Origin: Candidatus Omnitrophota bacterium
Lineage (GTDB): Bacteria; Omnitrophota; Gorgyraeia; Gygaellales; Profunditerraquicolaceae
Direction of reading: 5' to 3'
Length of the DNA stretch: 64,000 bases
NCBI GenBank assembly: GCA_029571225.1
Contig: JAKPTF010000035.1
Coordinates: 12,575 to 76,574 of the forward strand
This document shows positions 10,154 through 17,076 of this stretch, in pieces (position 1 is the first letter of the stretch; every line of letters starts with the position of its first letter). A model generated the notes under the pieces. It searched no databases and had not been told where the DNA came from. It saw nothing but the letters and a program-made list of their open reading frames with translations. The position numbers were made by a program, and so were the translations under genes.

Positions 10154-10162
10154 TAATTGATA

Positions 10163-10880
10163 TTAAATCTTGTTGAGCGTATCTTCGTACACGGTCTGCA
10201 TTGCTGCGACTTCGTCGCTGACAGACACCAGCGGCACATCGGCCAGCTGCGCGGCGAGCTGCGTGATGTTAAGCAGGTCTTCCGAGCTGATGAGGCCTTT
10301 GTTCATATACGCAGCGGCCATGTTCTGGAGCTGCTGTCTGACCGTATCCTCGGTATTGAAGATCATGGCGAGTGCCTTTGCCATGACAAGCGGCATCGCA
10401 TTGATGCGTTTCTGCGTGACGGCCGCGCGGGATCCGGTTACGCGCACGTTCTTCACCTTTGCCTTTTCGAAGAACAGCGACGCATCGGATACGGTAAACT
10501 CGGCTTCGATATTGTCCATATCGGCATCCGCGCTGATGAGCGCGATCCTGGCCTGCGGGATCTTTGCCGCGGTCACTGCCTCAAGTGCCGCCTTCAAACC
10601 AACATGGATCGTCGCGATCCGGCCGACCCCTAATGCCTCAAGGGTCAGCTTAGCCGCGTCGTCCTTTGCCCATACGCTGAAGTCCACAACGCCTGCCGCA
10701 TCTTTTGCTTTCTCGAGCGCCGCGATGCTGCCGGCGTTTTCCATGATGGCGTTGGCGCCGAGGATAACCGCGCCCCTGGCGTTCTGGACATCGCTGATTG
10801 ATTTGACGAGATCATCGAAGTTCAACGCGCCTGCATTGTACACGCTTGCATCGCTCTTAAGCACAGTCTCGATGAGATCG
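10163..10880 (-). other. Shared C-terminal domain, copy 3 (roughly 230 aa, ends EDTLNKI)
   Basis: GAVILGANAIMENAGSIAALEKAKDAAGVV ... LISADADMDNIEAEFTVSDASLFF ... INAMPLVMAKALAMIF ... DVPLVSVSDEVAAMQTVYEDTLNKI. Confidence 0.7.
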
Positions 10881-13800
10881 GCGATATCGACCATTTCGGG
10901 AAGCACCGTCTCTGTTTGCGCAAGCGCAACGGAGGCGCCTCCGTCCTTTGCATAGTCGCCATTGACGAGGGCGCGCATTCTCACGCCGTCCACCATCCAC
11001 GGTGACCATTTGGAGATCATCTGGTTGGGAGCGGCTGACTGGTTGTCATACAGGCCTTTGATGATCACGGTCTTCTTGTTTTCCAGCACCTGGATCAGCA
11101 CGCTGTCGATGATTGATATATTGTTCCAGCCGACGACCGCATTGACATCGAGCGGGCCAGGGTTGACCTCTGGATCGCCCTCATAGAATTTCACCACTCC
11201 GTCCGACTTGTTGAGCGCGAAATCCTTCAAAGCGGCACGGACCTCCTCCACGGTAGTTTCTCTTTTCAGGTTCAGGGTCACTTCCCACAGGGACGCAGAA
11301 ACCGTATCCGTGCGCACAGCGGTTATCTCGAACTTGCCTTTGAGCTGCGGTATCATCTTGAACAGGTTCTTCTTGGCCCCGGTGGAGGCGGGAATGATAT
11401 TGTCGCGGATCGAATCTCCGCGGGCAATATCAAGCGGGTCGCGCGCCCTCTTGCTCTTCATGGGGAAAGTCTCGTTCGAATCGGTCTCCGAATGGATGGT
11501 CAGGCCGGTCCCGTTGACGATACCGAACTCGTCCCACATGGCCTTGATGACCGAGATCATGGCGTTGGACGTGCAACTGAGCGTGTCAACGATCTTGACA
11601 TCCGGCCCGATCTGTTTGCGCATGGCAGAATACAGCGCTTCTTTGAACACGGCGCTGACGGATTTATCGACCGTGTCGGCGCTGACGCCTTCCTGAAGGA
11701 ACTTTTCCTTGAGCATATTCTTCACCGCGTCGGTGTTGACCGGGGAGGCGGCGACAACGGGGAATCCGGCTTCCATGAACTCCTTGAAAATGCGCGGCTG
11801 GACCTTTTCGTCAGTCGGGCCGTAATACGATACCACATCCGGCTTGACTCCGAGTGTCCTGACGGTATCGAGCACCTGCTGATTCGTCGTTTCTGGGCCG
11901 AAATACGGAATCTTTATATCGGGCCTTCCTATATTTTTGTCGCCCGGCACGAAGATGAAATTGACCTCGACGCCGTCAACGACCCTGCGCTCGTCCTTGA
12001 GCACGCGCATACCTTTCACCTGGTACGGCCCGAACGGGCCGTTGTACCTGCTGTTCATGCGCACGAATTCCTCTGCGCTGGCTTCTTTGCCGCCCTTCAT
12101 GGACTTGAGAGCCGCCAGATTGACGCCCGGCTCCCAGTTCTTATAGAAAAGCGCAAACGCTCCGGCGCGGAAAATAAGCGCGTTCGCCGCGATGACCACG
12201 ATGTTCTGGTCCTGCAATGCCAGATCAAGCTTCTTGGGCGTATTGCTTTTCGCAAAAACGCCCATTCCGGCAAGGATCTTGACCTGCGCAAGCTGCCGGT
12301 CATCGATACGGTGCAGGATCCTTCTGATCGACTGCATGACTTCCTGGTTATCGCCGCTTTCCTTCTTGATTGTATTCAATTTCCACAGAACAGCCTTCAT
12401 TTCATCAAGGCCAAGGGACAGTATCTCACCCGGCTTGAGCTGATACAAACGCTTGACCGCAGCCTGATACCGCAGTTGATTCATAGCTGCCTTACCAAGC
12501 TTGAGGTTTGTTTTTTCATTGACAAGCGCCATATTCGCCAGCAGGTATTCATCGCGGTGGGCGCCTTTGTAATCCAGCTGCCTGCCGCCGAGTTCCTGAT
12601 CGAACGGTATGGACTTGATCTGGCCCTTATAGGCGTAGAGCAGCTGATTGTTCTGAAGGTCGGCGATTTTCTCAACAGCCGCTTTGCCGAGCATGCCGGT
12701 CATTTCCTCGTCAAGTTTGGAAATATCAGCCGAGCGGAAAAGATAATCGGCCTTGCCTGCGAGGCTGATGTCGATTTTATCTTCCTTGAGCGCCGTCTTT
12801 ACCACGGCCGCGACGATTAAACCGGCGTTCTCGAGTTTGGGATGACCGAAATCGTCAACGCCGGCTTTCATTGATTTAATGAACGCCGCTTTGGCAACCG
12901 GATCGCTGTTGAACGCCGCCAGCAGCAGCTTGACATCGGCATTGCGGGGCTTGACGACTTCAAGGTCTCCGTTGTCGTTCAGCCTGAAGCCGTCGGTCGC
13001 GATGCTGGCTCCTTCAGCTACGACGACGACGCCGTATTTGTTCTGCTTGTAATACGCTCGCAGATCATCCACCAGCTTCTTCAGATCCACCATCTCTTCG
13101 GGGATCAGGGTACGGGTAGCACCGACATTGGCGCCGATGCGCGCCGCAACAAACCCTGCGCTTCTGCCGAACACTTCGCCGATGAGAATCCTTTTTGTCG
13201 ATATGGCGTCGATTTTTCCGGCTTCGAAGGCGTCCGTAGCGGCCCGGGTAAAGCTGTCAAAACCATAGGTCTGCGCATCCGGTTCTGGAAGCGCGATATC
13301 ATTGTCCATGGTCTTGGGCAGGCCGATAAAAAGGAATTCAGGATGCTCTTTCTGCAGCTTTGCCGTAACGCCATTGGTATCGTCGCCGCCCAGGGTAACA
13401 AGGCCGTCCAGATCGAGCTTTTTGATATTCTCCCAGACTTTCTGCGCGTCACCTTCCTTTTTATACGGATTGGTGCGGCTTGTCTTTATGAATGTGCCGC
13501 CTTTTTTCTCCCACTTTTCGGCTTCCGAAAGGCGTATCGCCCTGGCCTGCGCCACAAGATCGTCTTTGATGAGGCCGGCCCATCCTTCGGGGATAGCAAC
13601 GATCTCGATACCGTTCTTCAGACCTTCGCGCACCATCGCTGCAAGGACCTTGTTATGCCCTGACGCGGGTCCGCCGCCGGTTAACACTCCAATCCTCTTG
13701 GGTCCGACCAACTGTGAAAATTTGACCCCCTGGCGGTCGGTAACGACCTGCTCCTTATACCTGATACCGGTGATAAATTCCACGGCATCGGCAACGGTCG

Positions 13801-15313
13801 AGTTCTCTTTGCCGCCGATCTCGCCGACTTCGGCTTCCAACCCGGCGTCCTCGGGAATAAAACCGGCAAGAAATGCGCTCACAAGCACGTTCAAGCGCGT
13901 GGGCATGAACGACGCGTCAAGCGCAAAGACGGCATGATCTTCTGCAACCTGCTTCTTTACCTGAAGCATGGCCTTGTTGACTGCCTTCATCGCTTTGCCC
14001 ACGCCGGGCGCTGCGTTGAATGCTTCGTCCTTTAAGGCCGCATTGAACATGGCTTCTCTTTTCGCGATGTCTTTTTCAGCCAGTATCCTCTCGAACAGCT
14101 CCGCAACCGCATTCTGCGCCCCCGTGTCCTTCAGGAATGCTTCATCGACTTTGACGGTGACGTGGTCCGACTTGTTCATATAATCGCGGAAACCCTCTTT
14201 CATCGCGGCTGCTTTGGTGTTTGCCGCAAACCTGGCGACGTTATCGAGGCTGTATCCGCCCGGCCAGGTGTAATCGAGTTCGCTCATGGCTTGCTGGAAC
14301 ACGACCACACTGCCGGTCTTTTTTGCCGCGCGTATGATGCCGGGCAGGCTGAGCGGATGGCGTATATTGCAGCACATGATCGCCTTATCCGTTCCTTCGA
14401 GCGCCTTGAACACATGATAACCCTTGAGCGACGAAAAATCGGACGGGTATTCCAGGCCGTTGGCCTGATAATAATCCCTGACCATCTGCGCCGTGCCGTC
14501 AGAGCCAAAACCGATCATGTGCTCGGTCGCCGATTTCTCGGTCGCGGCGTCGATCTTTTCGATAAGGCGCGCGGGAAGCCCCAGAAGCTCCTGATGGAAA
14601 TCGCCGATGACCATTTTCAGCTCTTTGCCCAGAAGCTTGTCGAGGTCTTTGTCTTTTCCTGCGACATACACGCTGTTCTTGGCTTCATCGCTGCGGGGAG
14701 AAACCTTGTATTTCTTTTCCACGTCCGCGGTCTTGGCGATCGTCGCGTCGATCATGCGGTTGACGATTGATTTGGCCGTCGCGTCTCCGTTCTGCGCTTC
14801 GGCAACAAGCGTTTCCCAGATGATATTCTGCCAGTTCGTGCCGACGTGAGCGGCGCTGATGCCGACATTGCGCAAGGCCTGGAGGTTCTCAATGGGAGTA
14901 CCGGTAACGCCGTGCTGCACGATCTTGACGCCGTAGGGTTTGATCGCTTCGTAAATGGCGCCGGTCATCTTCAGGTTCATCTGCGTCTTGATGAGATTGC
15001 CTTCGGCATCGTAGTTGTTGCCGTGGGCGGTGCCGTTATTGATCGCAAGACGCTGGATCATGCGCGGCAGGTAATCAGCAAGCCCCTTGCCTTTGCTCAC
15101 CACGATGAATTTCCCGGTCGCCAGCGAACCGCCGTCCTTGCCGAGAAACTCGCTTTTCATGGCCAGAGGCTGATTGGTATGGTTGGCCGATCTGCCCCGG
15201 AGGTGGTCAAATGAGACGACGCCTGCCATCGAGGCGGTGTTGAACGTGAATATGCCGATAATAAGCAATGCCGTTATCCTGAATAACACCCGAGCGAACC
15301 GTGAACCGTTCAT
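10163..15313 (-). CDS. Secreted multi-enzyme fusion: class II fructose-bisphosphate-aldolase-like region, PPi-dependent phosphofructokinase, unknown middle region, GAPDH-like catalytic domain, shared C-terminal domain
   Basis: The ORF-track call 10163-15343 begins at a TTG. The in-frame ATG at 15311-15313 has an AAGGAG Shine-Dalgarno 9 nt upstream and is the more plausible start (MNGSRFARVLFRITALLIIGIFTFNTASMAG, signal/TM-like). A GKDGG junction follows. Aldolase-like: TAHGNNYD ... VKIVQHGVTGTPIENLQALRNVGISAAHVGTNWQ, and later GYHVFKALEGTDKAIMCCNIRHPLSLPGIIRAAKKTGSVVVFQQAMSELDY. PFK: RIGVLTGGGPASGHN, LGGDDTNGV, PKTMDNDI; the GGDD and PKT variants are the PPi-PFK signatures. GAPDH-like: LSCTSNAMISVIKAM, LYDNQSA. 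YAKDGG precedes the C-terminal domain ...GAVILGANAIMENAGSIAAL ... VSDEVAAMQTVYEDTLNKI. Confidence 0.75.
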   Translation of the reverse strand: MNGSRFARVLFRITALLIIGIFTFNTASMAGVVSFDHLRGRSANHTNQPLAMKSEFLGKDGGSLATGKFIVVSKGKGLADYLPRMIQRLAINNGTAHGNNYDAEGNLIKTQMNLKMTGAIYEAIKPYGVKIVQHGVTGTPIENLQALRNVGISAAHVGTNWQNIIWETLVAEAQNGDATAKSIVNRMIDATIAKTADVEKKYKVSPRSDEAKNSVYVAGKDKDLDKLLGKELKMVIGDFHQELLGLPARLIEKIDAATEKSATEHMIGFGSDGTAQMVRDYYQANGLEYPSDFSSLKGYHVFKALEGTDKAIMCCNIRHPLSLPGIIRAAKKTGSVVVFQQAMSELDYTWPGGYSLDNVARFAANTKAAAMKEGFRDYMNKSDHVTVKVDEAFLKDTGAQNAVAELFERILAEKDIAKREAMFNAALKDEAFNAAPGVGKAMKAVNKAMLQVKKQVAEDHAVFALDASFMPTRLNVLVSAFLAGFIPEDAGLEAEVGEIGGKENSTVADAVEFITGIRYKEQVVTDRQGVKFSQLVGPKRIGVLTGGGPASGHNKVLAAMVREGLKNGIEIVAIPEGWAGLIKDDLVAQARAIRLSEAEKWEKKGGTFIKTSRTNPYKKEGDAQKVWENIKKLDLDGLVTLGGDDTNGVTAKLQKEHPEFLFIGLPKTMDNDIALPEPDAQTYGFDSFTRAATDAFEAGKIDAISTKRILIGEVFGRSAGFVAARIGANVGATRTLIPEEMVDLKKLVDDLRAYYKQNKYGVVVVAEGASIATDGFRLNDNGDLEVVKPRNADVKLLLAAFNSDPVAKAAFIKSMKAGVDDFGHPKLENAGLIVAAVVKTALKEDKIDISLAGKADYLFRSADISKLDEEMTGMLGKAAVEKIADLQNNQLLYAYKGQIKSIPFDQELGGRQLDYKGAHRDEYLLANMALVNEKTNLKLGKAAMNQLRYQAAVKRLYQLKPGEILSLGLDEMKAVLWKLNTIKKESGDNQEVMQSIRRILHRIDDRQLAQVKILAGMGVFAKSNTPKKLDLALQDQNIVVIAANALIFRAGAFALFYKNWEPGVNLAALKSMKGGKEASAEEFVRMNSRYNGPFGPYQVKGMRVLKDERRVVDGVEVNFIFVPGDKNIGRPDIKIPYFGPETTNQQVLDTVRTLGVKPDVVSYYGPTDEKVQPRIFKEFMEAGFPVVAASPVNTDAVKNMLKEKFLQEGVSADTVDKSVSAVFKEALYSAMRKQIGPDVKIVDTLSCTSNAMISVIKAMWDEFGIVNGTGLTIHSETDSNETFPMKSKRARDPLDIARGDSIRDNIIPASTGAKKNLFKMIPQLKGKFEITAVRTDTVSASLWEVTLNLKRETTVEEVRAALKDFALNKSDGVVKFYEGDPEVNPGPLDVNAVVGWNNISIIDSVLIQVLENKKTVIIKGLYDNQSAAPNQMISKWSPWMVDGVRMRALVNGDYAKDGGASVALAQTETVLPEMVDIADLIETVLKSDASVYNAGALNFDDLVKSISDVQNARGAVILGANAIMENAGSIAALEKAKDAAGVVDFSVWAKDDAAKLTLEALGVGRIATIHVGLKAALEAVTAAKIPQARIALISADADMDNIEAEFTVSDASLFFEKAKVKNVRVTGSRAAVTQKRINAMPLVMAKALAMIFNTEDTVRQQLQNMAAAYMNKGLISSEDLLNITQLAAQLADVPLVSVSDEVAAMQTVYEDTLNKI

Positions 15314-15329
15314 CGTTTCTTCTCCTTTT

Positions 15330-16859
15330 TTAATCTTCCGCAAGATATGTATCCTCGAGTTCTCCCTGTTCCCCCCGGAGAACGGAATAATAGATTGACG
15401 GGTCAGACCGCTGCGATATCGAAGGGGTAACCACGGCGTAGGAATAACCGTGCTCCTTGAACAACCTGCTCAAACCGGATGTGTGAAAACCGCCGGTAAT
15501 GACAGCGACATAGCTGCTGTCCGATGCGGTATTGATCTTCCGGGCGATATTGCGCATGAACGCCTGTTCGCGGTCGATCCCGACTTTATAAAAACTGTCG
15601 AGCGCATCGAAATTTTCATCGATGACCGTAGACGCGACGGGCCGTGACGGAAGGCCGTACCTTCTGCATGAATCGGATAGAAACACGATCCATCCGGCGG
15701 TCACATAGCGGGAGCGGTCGGCCTGCATGGCGTCGTATTCTGCGGGCGTCAGGTCGAGCCGCAGGAACTGATCGAGGGTATCGAGCGCCTCCGAAATGTC
15801 GCTCAGGCGGCGTTCGTCATTATTAACAAAAAGCTCCTGCCGCACACGCGCCTCCAGTTCGGAGATCTCCCTGATCAATTTCTCCGCATCGATATTCCTG
15901 CCCATAGCGACATACCGCATGTATGCGTCGAACTGCGGATAGGCTGCCGCCAGATCAAGGTGGTCCTGCGCGGCATTGCGCAAAAAGTCATAAAATTCCT
16001 GAGCGGATATCTTTTTGTCCTTGAAATCCGCCGTCTTATCTATCAACTCCTTAATCGAGGCGCCCTGCAATTTCTGGGCAAGGTCCTTGATGAATGCGCT
16101 CCGCTGGGACTCCGCCTGTTTGAAATCGATCGTCTTTTCAAGTTCGAGGCTTTCCCTGAACAAATTGACCTGCTGGCATTCGGACAGAGAGATACTCTTC
16201 TTTTGCGCCGATTCGGCAAGATATGTAACGTATTTGACCAGCGGTAACGCTTTATGCTTGAATGCTCGTTTCTGCGCATCGAGCTCAATCAGCTCGGGAT
16301 TGAACATATGCGGCTTGAGCGCCTCGACAATAGCGGCCAGCCCGTTGATATCGTTCAATCCCTGCTCCTTGTATGCCTCTATATTAAGGAAGGAATCCAG
16401 GTTGCTGTCGTATAATGCGGGGTCTTCAATGCCGAAAAGCTCAAGGTTATGGTCGGAAACGATGTCGAGGTATTCTTCCCCGGATATCTTGCCGTCGCGG
16501 AGGTATTTTTCAGCGACTTCCTCGCGCGCCTTTTTATCCGCAAAGTCCCTTAAGAACGAAAGGCTCACGTCGCCGCTGCCCCCTTCGACCATGATGAGCC
16601 TCAATTTCTTTTCGCGGGCAAGATAATCAAGGATCTGCGCAAGGTTCTTTTGTGCTTCGTAGTTACAATGGGCGTCCTGGATCTGTATTATTGCAGGGCC
16701 GGGCCGTCCTGCCTGTGGCGCTTCGAAGACTTCCTTGATTGTGCCGAACTGGGAAGGTATCTGAAGATTTTTTAAAGGGGTGCTTGGAAAAACGGGATTG
16801 ACATAAATTAAGGAAAGCAATAAGAAGAATGGAATAGTTTTTTTAAGTTTTTTATTCAT
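15330..16859 (-). CDS. Secreted TraB/GumN (Tiki-like) family protein, putative
   Basis: ORF 15330-16991, but the convincing start is the internal ATG at 16857-16859 (MNKKLKKTIPFFLLLSLIYVNPVFPS, a classic signal peptide). The C-terminal motif AVITGGFHTSGLSRLFKEHGY resembles the TraB/GumN GxGHxxGxxGLxxLLxxxGY motif; N-terminal IQIQDAHCNYEAQ is a possible first His motif. The stop at 15330-15332 lies 17 nt from the next gene's ATG, which indicates translational coupling. Confidence 0.45.
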   Translation of the reverse strand: MNKKLKKTIPFFLLLSLIYVNPVFPSTPLKNLQIPSQFGTIKEVFEAPQAGRPGPAIIQIQDAHCNYEAQKNLAQILDYLAREKKLRLIMVEGGSGDVSLSFLRDFADKKAREEVAEKYLRDGKISGEEYLDIVSDHNLELFGIEDPALYDSNLDSFLNIEAYKEQGLNDINGLAAIVEALKPHMFNPELIELDAQKRAFKHKALPLVKYVTYLAESAQKKSISLSECQQVNLFRESLELEKTIDFKQAESQRSAFIKDLAQKLQGASIKELIDKTADFKDKKISAQEFYDFLRNAAQDHLDLAAAYPQFDAYMRYVAMGRNIDAEKLIREISELEARVRQELFVNNDERRLSDISEALDTLDQFLRLDLTPAEYDAMQADRSRYVTAGWIVFLSDSCRRYGLPSRPVASTVIDENFDALDSFYKVGIDREQAFMRNIARKINTASDSSYVAVITGGFHTSGLSRLFKEHGYSYAVVTPSISQRSDPSIYYSVLRGEQGELEDTYLAED

Positions 16860-16861
16860 GG

Positions 16862-16918
16862 GCAAATAAAAAAGCCACGACTCACTGAATCCTCTTTTCC
16901 GGAGGCATTCAGTCATCC
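16862..16918 (-). terminator. Terminator/attenuator-like hairpin followed by a U-run, immediately 5' of the TraB-like gene's ATG
   Basis: Minus-strand RNA: GGAUGACUGAAU-(16-nt loop GCCUCCGGAAAAGAGG)-AUUCAGUGAGUCGUGG, then CUUUUUUAUUU, then GCCC AUG. A 7-bp perfect stem plus imperfect extension. Could terminate giant-gene transcripts or act as a leader attenuator. Confidence 0.35.
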
Positions 16919-16946
16919 GTGGCCATTCCATACTGTATGTGCTTCT

Positions 16947-16964
16947 TTTGAAAGCGCTTTCAAA
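16947..16964. promoter_or_regulatory. Perfect 18-bp palindrome TTTGAAAGCGCTTTCAAA, candidate operator
   Basis: Seen directly. Positioned just downstream of the candidate -10 element and about 90 nt upstream of the MNKKLKK start. Confidence 0.4.
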
Positions 16965-16981
16965 ACGCCTTACTATTAAAA

Positions 16982-17010
16982 AAGATACCATAGAACACCA
17001 TTTCTGTCAA
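16982..17010 (-). promoter_or_regulatory. Candidate sigma70-like promoter for the downstream (lower-coordinate) genes
   Basis: On the minus strand: TTGACA (17010-17005), a 17-nt spacer, then TATCTT (16987-16982). Lies in the AT-rich 217-nt gap between the giant gene's stop and the TraB-like gene's start. By eye only. Confidence 0.3.
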
Positions 17011-17076
17011 GAAATACTTTTATAAAAGATTGATAATCTATTTACCTTGTTTCCCATGCACAAATTAATATAGCGA

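Noticed and set aside
15314-15343. TTG start at 15343 for the aldolase-PFK-GAPDH fusion gene, as in the ORF track
   Set aside because: The in-frame ATG at 15313 has an AAGGAG Shine-Dalgarno 9 nt upstream and begins a signal-peptide-like sequence. The TTG-initiated extension adds only MRKIKKGEET and overlaps the upstream gene's stop.
16860-16991. Using the ORF-track start at 16991 (MVSFLIVRRFESAFKRSTYSMEWPRMTE...) for the TraB-like gene
   Set aside because: That ATG sits inside the spacer of the candidate promoter. The encoded N-terminal 44 aa look non-protein-like and overlap the palindrome and hairpin, whereas the internal ATG at 16859 yields a textbook signal peptide. The upstream extension was treated as leader RNA, but this remains uncertain.
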